Source: an uncultured delta proteobacterium
Lineage (GTDB): Bacteria > Desulfobacterota > Desulfobaccia > Desulfobaccales > 0-14-0-80-60-11
Reading direction: 5' to 3'
Length of the DNA stretch: 64,000 nucleotides
Assembly: GCA_963812015.1 (NCBI GenBank)
Contig: CAWETI010000002.1
Span: 928,001-992,000 of the forward strand
The first letter of the stretch is position 1. The number at the start of each line of letters is the position of its first letter. Below the pieces are notes generated by a model that saw only the letters and a program-made list of their open reading frames with translations, ran no database searches and was not told the origin of the DNA. Below, piece after piece: positions 38,413 to 47,389 of the stretch. The position numbers and the translations under genes were made by a program.

Positions 38413-39771
38413 TTACTCCTCTTCTTCCAACTCGATCCCGTCCCGCTCAAACTGGGCGTCCCGGGCCGCGTGGGCCTGGTCGATTTCTTCCTGGCTCCAG
38501 GGCTCGTAATCCAGGCACAGGGACACCAGCTCCCAAAGGTATAGGGTCTCTTTGTAGTTGCCCATATCCATTTTGCCCTTCTTAAATTCGCCGCCCAGAC
38601 CCTTCATGATCTGGTCCCGGCAGTTGTGGCATGGGGCTATGACCAGTTCGGCGCCGGTGTCCTTGATCTGGTCGGCCTTCATCTTGCCGTAGGCCAGGCG
38701 CTCGGCGTCGTAGGGCATGGCCCAGGCGCCGCCACCGGCCCCGCAGCACAGGTTGTTCAGCGGGTCCTCGCACATTTCCCGGTAGAGGCTGGGATCGATG
38801 CACTGCTGGGAGATCCAGCGGCTTTTCTCGGCGTTGTTGGGCGAATCATTATAGAGCAAGACGGATTTGCGTACGTAGTTGCAGGGATCGTGGACGGTGT
38901 AGGTTTCGTGAAACTTATGCGTATTGAGTTTGATCCTGCCGGACTTAATGTACTCTTCCAGCAGATCCATGACGCTGACTACTTTAAATTCGTCGAAGAC
39001 TTCGGGGAACCAATTTTTGAACCCGACCCGGGTTGCATAGTAGGCATGCCCTCATTCTGGGTACAAAATGGTTTTGGCCTTGAGTCGTCGGGCGTTCTCG
39101 ATGACCCGGCCCACCTGCTCCTTCCAGGCCGGATCGTCGCCGGAGAACAGGCCCCAGTTGACCCCTTCCCAGTTAGTGGACGATACGGTCCAATCTTCTT
39201 TGGCGGCGTAAAAGATCTTCCACCAGAACTTCATGTCGTCCGGCTCGCCGAAGGGCTCCTTGGAGTTGATGGTGACGATGATGTTGGCCCCTTCCTTGTC
39301 CACCGGCACGTAGAAGCCGGGGCAGGGCTGCTCTTCCTCGGTTTCCATCTCCACGCCCAGTTCCGCCAGCAGGTAGAGGAAGTCATCCCGGGGAATCCCG
39401 AGGTTGTTGCCTCTCTCGAGATTCATCATGGTGCCTTTGTGAATCGGCCCGGGCACCTTGTCCCGCTCCCTCAGTGTCCGGCAGGTGCGGAAAGTCCGCA
39501 TCAGTTGGATACCCATGGGACACTGATACTGACAGCGGCCGCACAGGGTGCAGACCCAGGGCCATTTGGAATCAATGACCTCCTGTTCCAAACCCAGGGC
39601 GATGGCCCGGATGGCCTTCCGGGGGTCCCAGCCGGGGACCAGCCCGGTGGCCGGACAGCCGCCGGCGCAGGTGCCGCAGGTATAGCAGCGATCCGCCAAC
39701 TCGGGGGCGATGTTCCCGATTTTGCGGTGCTTCCTGTCTACCTTGATCTCGCTAATTGCCTCTTCTGGCAT
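38413..39771 (-). CDS. HdrD/DsrK-like Fe-S oxidoreductase (two ferredoxin motifs + CCG domain), selenoprotein (Sec at TGA 39052-39054)
   Basis: CYTCGTCAGGCP, CTLCGRCQYQCP, HDPC, CCGAGGG and PCHNC. The two track ORFs are in frame; readthrough gives YPE-U-GHAY, matching the conserved ECGH motif. Confidence 0.88.
39019..39036 (-). promoter_or_regulatory. Putative bacterial SECIS hairpin
   Basis: AACCCG-GGU-CGGGUU stem-loop starting 17 nt after the UGA. Confidence 0.55.
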
Positions 39772-40163
39772 GTTTCCTCCATGTGCACGCGATGGCGATC
39801 AAATTGCCCCCTCTGAGCAGGCTATTTCTCCATCTTGCCTCGTATTTTTCATTCAAGACTCGTGCATTTTGCACAATATCTCATAACTATGCCTCATTAT
39901 CTATATACAATATTTTGAGAAGAAAATAAAGAATTTTTGAGCCCGGCACAGGATTTCCAGGTCGAGCCGGCTCCGAAGGTCCGACCTCAGGGGGTGAGGC
40001 GGCTCCGGCCGGCCGCACCTGGGGCCCGGCCCTCCCGAATTTATTTCCCGGACTCCACCGGTTATGATATTTTTTCAGCAAGCCTCAGGCAACCCTCACC
40101 CGCTTCGAAGGGCGGCGGGCTTGAGGCGCCGGCCCCCAGGGGAAATGCAGATTCAGGAGAAAG

Positions 40164-41363
40164 GTGGATCAGACGATGGCTCAGGAATTCGCCCCGCGTC
40201 TGGCGGTGCTGCACGAATTGGCCGAGCGGATGATTCGGCGCCGGGCTGACCTGGTGGAGGCGGAAGGGGAGGATATCGGCACCCCCTGCTCCGCCGTCAA
40301 TATGGAAGTGGATATGGCGGTGGAGCATCTCCGCACCATGGCGGAGGAGGTGTCCCAGGTAGAGGGGAAAGCCCCCTATGGCACGGTGGCCGCCATCCTG
40401 CCCTATGACGCCCCCCCCATCATGGTGGCCCGGGTGGGCGGCGCCGCCATCCTGGGGGGAAATAAATTCCGGTTCAGTTGCTCCTCCCAAACCCCCCGCA
40501 CCGCCCGCCTCCTTGCCGAAGTGGTGGCGGGATTGCCGGACTTCGCCGCAGTGGCGGGGATGGACAACCGGGAGTTCGGCCGGGCCTGCGTCGATGACCC
40601 CCAGGTGCGGGTGTTTTTCATCTCGGGCGGCGGCCAAGTGGGGGCCGCCTACGAAAAGCAAGCCCACCACTTCGACAAGCTTTTTTTTGCCGGGCCCAGC
40701 GGCCTGCCCCCGGTAATCCTGTTTAAGGATGCGCCCCTGGAGCAGGCGGTCAGGTTCGTGGTGGGGCGGGCCTTCATCAACGGCGGCCAGTACTGCACCA
40801 CCCTGAAACGGGCCTATATTCATCGGGAGATTTACGAGGCGGCCAAGGCCCTGATCCTGGCCCGTATGCCTGAGGTGCAGGTGGGCGACCCCCGGGACCC
40901 CAAGACCAGGATCGGCCCCATCAAGGTGGAGCGCACCAAGAAGCTCCTGGACCGGGCCCTGGAGTCTCTGCAAGACCCCCACTTCCTGGTGCCGCCCCGC
41001 CGGGACGGCCAGTGGCAGGGGCCGTTCCTCCTGGAGACCCCCGAGCCCCCGGACACCGAGATGTTCGGGCCCTTTCTGGCCCTGGTGAAGGTTACGAGCG
41101 ACCAGGCCGCGGTGGCGCGAGTGCTGCCCAGCCGCTATCCCTTCCTGGTGGGCTGGTTCGGCTCCCCGCCCCCAGGCGCCAAAGATGCCCTTACAAAAAC
41201 CTTCGGCATGACCTACGACAACCCGGATTTTATCTTCACCCCCCTCCGCCTCCCCTTCGGCGGCAAAGGCGAGAGCGGCTGGATTATCGAAAACCATAAC
41301 GGCCGCCTGACCAAACGGGACGGGGCGTTTATCTATAGCGCCGAGCTGGTAAGGGGGGATTGA
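40164..41363 (+). CDS. Short, divergent aldehyde dehydrogenase family protein
   Basis: NGGQYC catalytic Cys, EMFGP, PFGGKGESG. Usual PWN, FTGS and ELGG motifs are altered. Confidence 0.8.
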   Translation: MDQTMAQEFAPRLAVLHELAERMIRRRADLVEAEGEDIGTPCSAVNMEVDMAVEHLRTMAEEVSQVEGKAPYGTVAAILPYDAPPIMVARVGGAAILGGNKFRFSCSSQTPRTARLLAEVVAGLPDFAAVAGMDNREFGRACVDDPQVRVFFISGGGQVGAAYEKQAHHFDKLFFAGPSGLPPVILFKDAPLEQAVRFVVGRAFINGGQYCTTLKRAYIHREIYEAAKALILARMPEVQVGDPRDPKTRIGPIKVERTKKLLDRALESLQDPHFLVPPRRDGQWQGPFLLETPEPPDTEMFGPFLALVKVTSDQAAVARVLPSRYPFLVGWFGSPPPGAKDALTKTFGMTYDNPDFIFTPLRLPFGGKGESGWIIENHNGRLTKRDGAFIYSAELVRGD

Positions 41364-41372
41364 AGGAAAAAT

Positions 41373-41445
41373 TGTGGGGGAAGGGGTGAGAACCCTTACG
41401 AAAAAGACGAATAAGACGAAAAAGGCCCTTAGCCACATCCCCCAA
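41373..41445. repeat. Degenerate family B hairpin (CCCTTACGAAAAA)
   Basis: Similar to 31733-31786: tgtgggggaaggggt...CTTACGAAAAAG...gcccttagcc. Confidence 0.55.
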
Positions 41446-41453
41446 GCACCATT

Positions 41454-42122
41454 ATGCCAAAACCTTATGTAGAGAGCTGGCCCCGGACGTATGTGGAGGC
41501 GGTGGCCCTGCAGGAGAAACTGCGCCATCGTATCCGACTTATTCCTCTCCCGCGGCCGCCCCGGCTGGTGGCCGGGGTCGATGCCATCTGCGACCGGGAG
41601 GATAAGCGCATCTTCGGGGCCGTGGCGGTGTATAGCTATCCGGAAATGGCATTGGTGGAGGAGGCGGGAGTGGCGGGGGAGTGTCCGTTTCCCTACCGTA
41701 CGGGGCTCTTAAGCTTTCGGGAGGTCCCTATTCTCGCCGCGGCGTTAGCGCGACTGAAGGAGCGCCCGGACGTGGTCCTGGTGGACGGCCAGGGGATTGC
41801 TCACCCCCGGGGATTGGGTCTGGCGGCGCATCTGGGCTTGGTGGTGGATATGCCGACGATTGGCGTGGCGAAAAGTCGGCTGGTGGGGGATGAACAGGAA
41901 CCGGACCTGGCGGCCGGTTCATATAAGCCGTTAATTTGGCAGGGAAACCTGGTAGGATTAATCCTGCGGACCCAACCGGGCAGAAAACCCCTTTACCTGT
42001 CCCCCGGGCACCGCATCACCCTGCCGGAATGTCTGGAGATCACTCTGGGTTGCGTCACCAGGTACCGGCTGCCCCTGCCGGTGCGGCAGGCGGATATCCT
42101 GAGCCGGCGCCTGAGGGCCTAA
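41454..42122 (+). CDS. nfi: Endonuclease V
   Basis: VAGVD, FPY..GLLSFRE, VDGQGIAHPR, IGVAKS and SPGH motifs. Confidence 0.93.
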   Translation: MPKPYVESWPRTYVEAVALQEKLRHRIRLIPLPRPPRLVAGVDAICDREDKRIFGAVAVYSYPEMALVEEAGVAGECPFPYRTGLLSFREVPILAAALARLKERPDVVLVDGQGIAHPRGLGLAAHLGLVVDMPTIGVAKSRLVGDEQEPDLAAGSYKPLIWQGNLVGLILRTQPGRKPLYLSPGHRITLPECLEITLGCVTRYRLPLPVRQADILSRRLRA

Positions 42123-42415
42123 ACCCTGGGCCAAGGATTCTGGCGCAACCCGTCGGCGGCGTTCGCGTCGAAGAGCAGGTCCCGGTAAAGCGGGCAGACG
42201 TGATAACCAGAATTACTGCAGCGCTGCTTGCCGGAATCCCACTCCCACCAGAGACAGTTTTCGCAAACCCCCCGCATCTCCCGGTTGAGACAGATTCGTC
42301 CCGCCTCCCCGAAGTTGACCATCAACCGCTTCCCCCCGATTTCCTCTTCTGGAAGCAGGGTAAAGTTACTTCTAGAATCGGAACCCCACAAATATTTGAT
42401 AAACCAAGTGCTCAT
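42119..42415 (-). CDS. Small Cys-rich hypothetical protein
   Basis: CENCLWW...C...HVCPLY. Start uncertain (MSTWF or MVNFG). Confidence 0.5.
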   Translation of the reverse strand: MSTWFIKYLWGSDSRSNFTLLPEEEIGGKRLMVNFGEAGRICLNREMRGVCENCLWWEWDSGKQRCSNSGYHVCPLYRDLLFDANAADGLRQNPWPRV

Positions 42416-42519
42416 GAAAATCAAATTATTTCTTTGATGGCCCGGGGGGAGCCGAAAGGCCAGAGGGCGGAGGCTGGCAAGACGGACCGGCGGCTTCGGC
42501 ATTTCCGGGACTCTTCCCC

Positions 42520-42978
42520 TTAAAAAAAATCGCTTTTGGTAAAGATCAGGGGGTGGCTCTGGGGATGGAGGATTTTGGCTTCCACCGCCTCACCCACGAA
42601 CAGGGTATGGTCGCCCGCGGCGTAGGTGTACACCAGCTTCAGGTCAAGGTAGGCGTACGCCTGGGGCAGGACGGGCGCGCCGCTGGAGGCCGGGACCCAA
42701 TCCAGCCCGGCGAATTTGTCGATTTTGCGGCCGCTTTTGTAACCGAAGCGTTTGGCCAGGTCCACCTGCTCGCTGGTCAGCACGTTGATGGCAAAGATGC
42801 CGCTCTCCTTGATCAGGGTATGGGAATAGCGGGGCGGGGCAATGGATACCATAACCAGCAGGGGGTTGAGGGACACCTGGGACACCCAGGCCGCGGTCAT
42901 GCCGTTGATCTTCTCGCCCAGGTGGGTGGTAACCACGTAAACTCCCTGGACCAGGGCCGTAAAGGCTACATCTTGCAT
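42520..42978 (-). CDS. Flavin reductase family protein
   Basis: GVYVVTT, NGMTAAWVSQVS and GDHTLFVGE motifs. Confidence 0.9.
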   Translation of the reverse strand: MQDVAFTALVQGVYVVTTHLGEKINGMTAAWVSQVSLNPLLVMVSIAPPRYSHTLIKESGIFAINVLTSEQVDLAKRFGYKSGRKIDKFAGLDWVPASSGAPVLPQAYAYLDLKLVYTYAAGDHTLFVGEAVEAKILHPQSHPLIFTKSDFF

Positions 42979-42995
42979 CTTGAGTCTCCTTCGGG

Positions 42996-43190
42996 TTAAG
43001 GGGAAGGCAGGACCGGATCAGTCGCCGGTGCAGCCGGCAAGGAGCGGTCGTCGGGCGCCATCCAGTCTTCGCAAATCCAGAACTTCCCCACCCCCTGGTT
43101 CAGGCGAGTGCACAGCCCCTTGTACCGGTAGACCCAGTAGCGGCAGGTGGAACAGACCTTCAACGGACGTTTCTCTAAGTTGCTACTCAT
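42996..43190 (-). CDS. Small four-Cys protein, possible HiPIP-like Fe-S fold
   Basis: CSTCRYW-x5-GLC-x10-WICEDW; SD GAGG; co-oriented 17 nt upstream of the flavin reductase gene. Confidence 0.6.
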   Translation of the reverse strand: MSSNLEKRPLKVCSTCRYWVYRYKGLCTRLNQGVGKFWICEDWMAPDDRSLPAAPATDPVLPSP

Positions 43191-43290
43191 GGACTGAGGC
43201 CTCTCTGTCGTCAGGCATAATCAGACTAAAAATTCTTGATGGTTGCGGCTGCCCCGGGTCAAGATGGCGCAAGGCATGCTCCAGAGCATG

Positions 43291-44322
43291 TTAAAGGTCT
43301 TCGGCTGCGAGGTCAAGGCGGAAATGGTCGTAGCCCTTGCCTGAGATATCGACCTCGCCCGCCGCGGTTTCCAGGATGACCCGGCCCCCGGGGACGATGC
43401 GCCCCAGCCGGCAGGGCGGCGCCAGTCCGGCCCGGGAGAATGACTGGGACAGGCGCTTCGCCACCTCCGGCGGGGAGGTGAACAGGAGGAGATAATCTTC
43501 CCCGCCGGTGAGGGCTAACTCCTGGGGGGCGCGGCCCAGATGCGGGGCCGCGGCCGTAACCCGGGGCGAGACCGGCAGGGTGGCGGCGGGGATGCGGGCT
43601 CCCACCCCGCTGGCCTGGCAGATATGGAACAGATCGGTGGCGACCCCGTCCGAGGTATCGATGAGGGCGGTGGCCAGGCCCTCTTTGGCCAGGAGGCGGC
43701 CGGCCCGGAGGTGGGGCCGGGGCTGGAGATGGGCCTCCAGTAACGGGGCTTTAAGGTCCGGGGGCAGAGTAAGGCCATGTCGCAAGATTTCCAGGCCGGC
43801 CGCAGCTTCCCCTAACGGCCCGGTGACGAAGACCACATCCCCGGTCTTTGCCCCGGAGCGCCGCAACATCTGGTCGACGGGCACCTGCCCCGTCAGGGTT
43901 ACGGTCACGATCAGGCCCCCGGGAGAGGCGACCGTGTCGCCGCCGATAACGGCTACGCCATACTCCCGGGCGGCTTGGGCCAGGCCGGCGGCAAAATCCA
44001 GGGCCAGACGGTGATCCCGGGCCGGGGGCCAGCCCAGGGACAGCAGGGCCTGGCGGGGTTCGCCGCCCATGGCGGCGATGTCGCTCAGGTTCACCGTCAG
44101 GGACTTCCAGCCCAACTGAAACAGGGAGGTAGAGGCCAGATTGAAGTGGACGCCTTCCACCAGGGTATCTATGGTCCACAGGAGATAATCGGAGCCGTTG
44201 AACTCCAGGGCGGCGCAGTCGTCGCCGATCCCCAGGATGACCGAAGGCGGGGCGGGGCCGAACTCCCGGCTTAGGGCGTTGATAAGGTCCCATTCGCTGG
44301 TGAGGGCATCTTCAGGCGGCAT
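43291..44322 (-). CDS. thiL: Thiamine-monophosphate kinase
   Basis: GIGDDCA, DTLVEGVHF, NLSDIAAMGG, GGDT, DTSDG and GGEDY motifs. Confidence 0.95.
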   Translation of the reverse strand: MPPEDALTSEWDLINALSREFGPAPPSVILGIGDDCAALEFNGSDYLLWTIDTLVEGVHFNLASTSLFQLGWKSLTVNLSDIAAMGGEPRQALLSLGWPPARDHRLALDFAAGLAQAAREYGVAVIGGDTVASPGGLIVTVTLTGQVPVDQMLRRSGAKTGDVVFVTGPLGEAAAGLEILRHGLTLPPDLKAPLLEAHLQPRPHLRAGRLLAKEGLATALIDTSDGVATDLFHICQASGVGARIPAATLPVSPRVTAAAPHLGRAPQELALTGGEDYLLLFTSPPEVAKRLSQSFSRAGLAPPCRLGRIVPGGRVILETAAGEVDISGKGYDHFRLDLAAEDL

Positions 44323-44467
44323 CGGGCTCCGGGACCATGAACCTCAAAAATCGGGTTGAGAAAGCGGCTTTTTACGGGATAGGGGCTTCATAAGCCGAGT
44401 CACAGTCTTTGCTGGCGCAGGCTGAAAGCCAGCGGCCACCGCCGCGGGGAACTCCCGACCGTTCCCC

Positions 44468-45214
44468 CTATTCCCGGCTCCTGAGTTTGGCCAGCAGCCT
44501 CAGCATCTCGAGGTAGAGCCAGATCAGGGTGACCATGAGGCCGAAGGCCCCATACCACTCCATGTATTTTGGGGCTCCTTGGGCGGCCCCCTGTTCGATA
44601 AAATCGAAGTCCAGCACCAGGTTCAAGGCCGCAATGACGACCACAAAAAGGCTGAAGCCGATGCTGACCCAACTGTTTTGATACATGAGGGGCATCCGGA
44701 TGCCGAAAAAGCCCAGGACCAGGGTGAGGAGATAGAACAGGGCGATGCCGCCGGTGGCCGCCACCACTCCCAGTTTAAAATTTTCGGTGGCCCGGATCAT
44801 TCCGGATTTGTAAGCCAGCAGCATGGCCAGGCAGGTGCCTAAGGTCAAGCCCGCGGCCTGGATGACGATGCCGGGGAATTGGGATTCGAACAGGGCGGAG
44901 ATGCCGCCGATAACCAGCCCTTCCAGGAGGGCGTACAGAGGGGCGGTGACGGGCGCCCAGGTCTGCTTGAAGATGGTGACCAGGGCCACGACGAGGCCGC
45001 CGATGGCTCCCACCGCCAGCCAGGGGGCTACCACCTGGGGGTTCATGGCCTGGTAATACTTGCTCCAAATCCAGGAGGCGGTCACCAGGACGCACAGCAG
45101 CAGCAAGATGGCCTTGTTGGCGGTCCCCTGGATGGTCATGGCCGCTTCGCTCCGGGCGAGGCGTCCGACCCCGGTAAAGGTATTGTCGCTGAGGGCTGGA
45201 TTGCCGGTCCTCAT
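44468..45214 (-). CDS. Bax inhibitor-1/YccA family membrane protein
   Basis: MRTGNPAL, LVLDFDFIE and LMVTLIWLYLEMLRLL; about seven TM helices. Confidence 0.88.
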   Translation of the reverse strand: MRTGNPALSDNTFTGVGRLARSEAAMTIQGTANKAILLLLCVLVTASWIWSKYYQAMNPQVVAPWLAVGAIGGLVVALVTIFKQTWAPVTAPLYALLEGLVIGGISALFESQFPGIVIQAAGLTLGTCLAMLLAYKSGMIRATENFKLGVVAATGGIALFYLLTLVLGFFGIRMPLMYQNSWVSIGFSLFVVVIAALNLVLDFDFIEQGAAQGAPKYMEWYGAFGLMVTLIWLYLEMLRLLAKLRSRE

Positions 45215-45504
45215 AGGTTTCCTCCCAACCTTAAATATTCAATCCAGTTTATCAGGATTTCTGCTTCCGGGAAACAAAAAGGCGGCGGGGGTTTTACAGG
45301 GGGGAGGGGCGGTCAATCGCCGCAGGCGCCGTACTCTTGGGCGGCCCCGGCGTCTTGCCGATGACCGCGCCGGCGAAACTTTTCTGTAGTGATGGAGGCG
45401 CACCCTCCTGACGGGGACGGTCGCCCCACCGGGACTAACCTGCGGGGGGGTGCCCTGCCCGCCGGGAAACAGGTTCGGGCTTGGTGGCGGCCGCCAGGCC
45501 CTGG

Positions 45505-46971
45505 TCAGACCATGGACTTGGCTTCGTCGCCAATGGTGTCGTAGTCGGTGACGCCCATGGGTTTGACAAAATAGGTCTGGCAGACGTAATCCAGTTCCTG
45601 GGAGGTGAGTTGGGGAGTCTGCTCCAGGAACCGGGCCCGGTCCATCAGGTTCTCGATCAGGTCCCGGGGGTGGCAGGCGCAAAAGGGCCGGGAGGAAATG
45701 ACATAGTAGCGGGCCATCATGTCCCGGATGACTTCCGGGTCAAAGGCGATTTGGTTCTGGGCGCAGACGCGGCGGAAGATTTCCAGATACTGTTCCGGGG
45801 AGACATAGCCGATAAATATTTTGTGGCGGATACGTCTGAGGAAAGCCTCATCCGCCAGGCTGAAGGGGTTCAGGTTCGTGGAAAAAATGATGAGCTGGTC
45901 GAAAGGCACGCCGAACTGTTGGCCCGTATGGAGGCAACAGAAGTCTTGCCGGGTTTCCAGGGGATATATCCAGCGGTTAAGCAATTGCCGGGGGGTAATC
46001 TTCTGGCGTCCGAAGTCATCGATGATGAACACCCCGTTATTGGCTTTCAACTGATGGGGGGCCTCGTAAAACTTTAGATGGGGATTGAATTTCAGTTCCA
46101 GGGCATCTTCGGTCATCTCCCCCCCGGCGATGACAATGGGCCGCCGGCACAGAGCCCAGCGTTTGTCATGTGGTGGGGTCTCCGGGGTTGGGGGCACCGG
46201 CTGGTGGGTGAGTTCGTCGTACAGCCGGATGACCTGCCCATAAACAAACAGGGCATAAGGGACGTAGACCGCATCCTGGTAGGCATGGCCGATACAATTG
46301 GCCATGATCGTTTTGCCGTTGCCCGAGGGACCGAAGAGAAAAATGGACCGGCCGCTGTTGATGGCTGGACCGAGTTTCGTGAGGAAATGCTCGGGTACGA
46401 CATAATCGGCGAAGACTTCCTTAAGGCGCCCTTTCTCCACCTTGACCTGATTGATGGACTGGGCCTCCACCCAATCCCAGTAATCCTCCAGGGGCACCGG
46501 AGCCGGCCCCACGTACCGGTTTGACTCCAGGCACTGCTCGGCGTGGAGTTTCCCGGCGTCGGTCAAGGTATAGCGCATATCCAGGGCGAGATGGTTTTGT
46601 TGGGTCAGGGAATCCCGGGCTTTAACCTGGACATACCCCTGGCCTTTCAGATACGCGAAGAGATCTTCCACCAAGCGTCGAGAGATCTTTAAATCTTGCG
46701 CCATCTCCTGGGTGGAGATGGCATCCCGAAAAAAGGCATGCTTGAGAAGGAGTTGGGTCAGAAGACTTTTTGGCAGGCCCAGGTCCTCAAAGGTTTCCGG
46801 AATGGGGGGATAGGCGTGGACAAACTTGGCCAGCACCTCAGGTTCCACGAGGTTGAGGTCCAGGAGGTGTTTAGCCAGGAACCCGCGGGATTTTTTTTGC
46901 CGAAACAGGGCCGGAGCTAATTGGTCGGGATCCAGGACTCCGGCTTTAACCAAACGTTGCGCCAGGTTCAT
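45505..46971 (-). CDS. AAA+ ATPase with a degenerate MshEN-like N-terminus
   Basis: Walker A GPSGNGKT, Walker B IIDDFGRQ, STN sensor, DEAFLRR arginine finger; N-terminal LAQRLVKAGVLDPDQLAPALFRQ. Confidence 0.82.
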   Translation of the reverse strand: MNLAQRLVKAGVLDPDQLAPALFRQKKSRGFLAKHLLDLNLVEPEVLAKFVHAYPPIPETFEDLGLPKSLLTQLLLKHAFFRDAISTQEMAQDLKISRRLVEDLFAYLKGQGYVQVKARDSLTQQNHLALDMRYTLTDAGKLHAEQCLESNRYVGPAPVPLEDYWDWVEAQSINQVKVEKGRLKEVFADYVVPEHFLTKLGPAINSGRSIFLFGPSGNGKTIMANCIGHAYQDAVYVPYALFVYGQVIRLYDELTHQPVPPTPETPPHDKRWALCRRPIVIAGGEMTEDALELKFNPHLKFYEAPHQLKANNGVFIIDDFGRQKITPRQLLNRWIYPLETRQDFCCLHTGQQFGVPFDQLIIFSTNLNPFSLADEAFLRRIRHKIFIGYVSPEQYLEIFRRVCAQNQIAFDPEVIRDMMARYYVISSRPFCACHPRDLIENLMDRARFLEQTPQLTSQELDYVCQTYFVKPMGVTDYDTIGDEAKSMV

Positions 46972-47108
46972 TGCAGTACCACCTCAAATAAGGTATTCGT
47001 CGCAAGGGTCTATCAGGCCATATTGACCCTGAGTCATAGCCAGTTTTTTAGGATCATGCGCAGGTGCTTATATGATTGGTCGAACTACGCGTTAAACCAA
47101 GCCCGCCC

Positions 47109-47279
47109 CTAAGAGCCTGAGGGGAACATACCCGCCGCCGAGGTGAAGATTGATAAGAGCTGAGTGCCAAGCGTTCCGACACTGGCGGCAATGGCGCTGG
47201 CTATGAACGCCACCAGCAGGGCATACTCCACTGCGGTAGCCCCGGACTCGTCCCAGGAAAACTTGAGTATCAGGCCCAT
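47109..47279 (-). CDS. flp: Flp/Fap type IVb pilin (56 aa, not in the ORF track)
   Basis: MGLILKFSWDESG/ATAVEYALLVAFIASAIAASVGTLG: canonical G/xxxxEY Flp motif; SD AAGGAGG. Confidence 0.9.
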   Translation of the reverse strand: MGLILKFSWDESGATAVEYALLVAFIASAIAASVGTLGTQLLSIFTSAAGMFPSGS

Positions 47280-47389
47280 GATGGTTTCCTCCTTGCGAAA
47301 GTCTGGTCGACGCGATGGTGATTAGGTTTGACTCCGGACTCAATGGACATGGTGAACCTTGAACTTTCCTTGATTTTAGGGCCTCCGAA

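Noticed and set aside
36679..39771. Pseudogene interpretation of the two split genes
   Set aside because: Each has a single in-frame TGA exactly at a conserved Cys column with a downstream hairpin, and no other lesions.
40062..41528. Long antisense ORF (488 aa); likewise 59630..60958, 52548..53648, 38626..39816 and 58076..59077
   Set aside because: Shadow ORFs opposite well-supported genes in GC-rich DNA, with no recognisable motifs.
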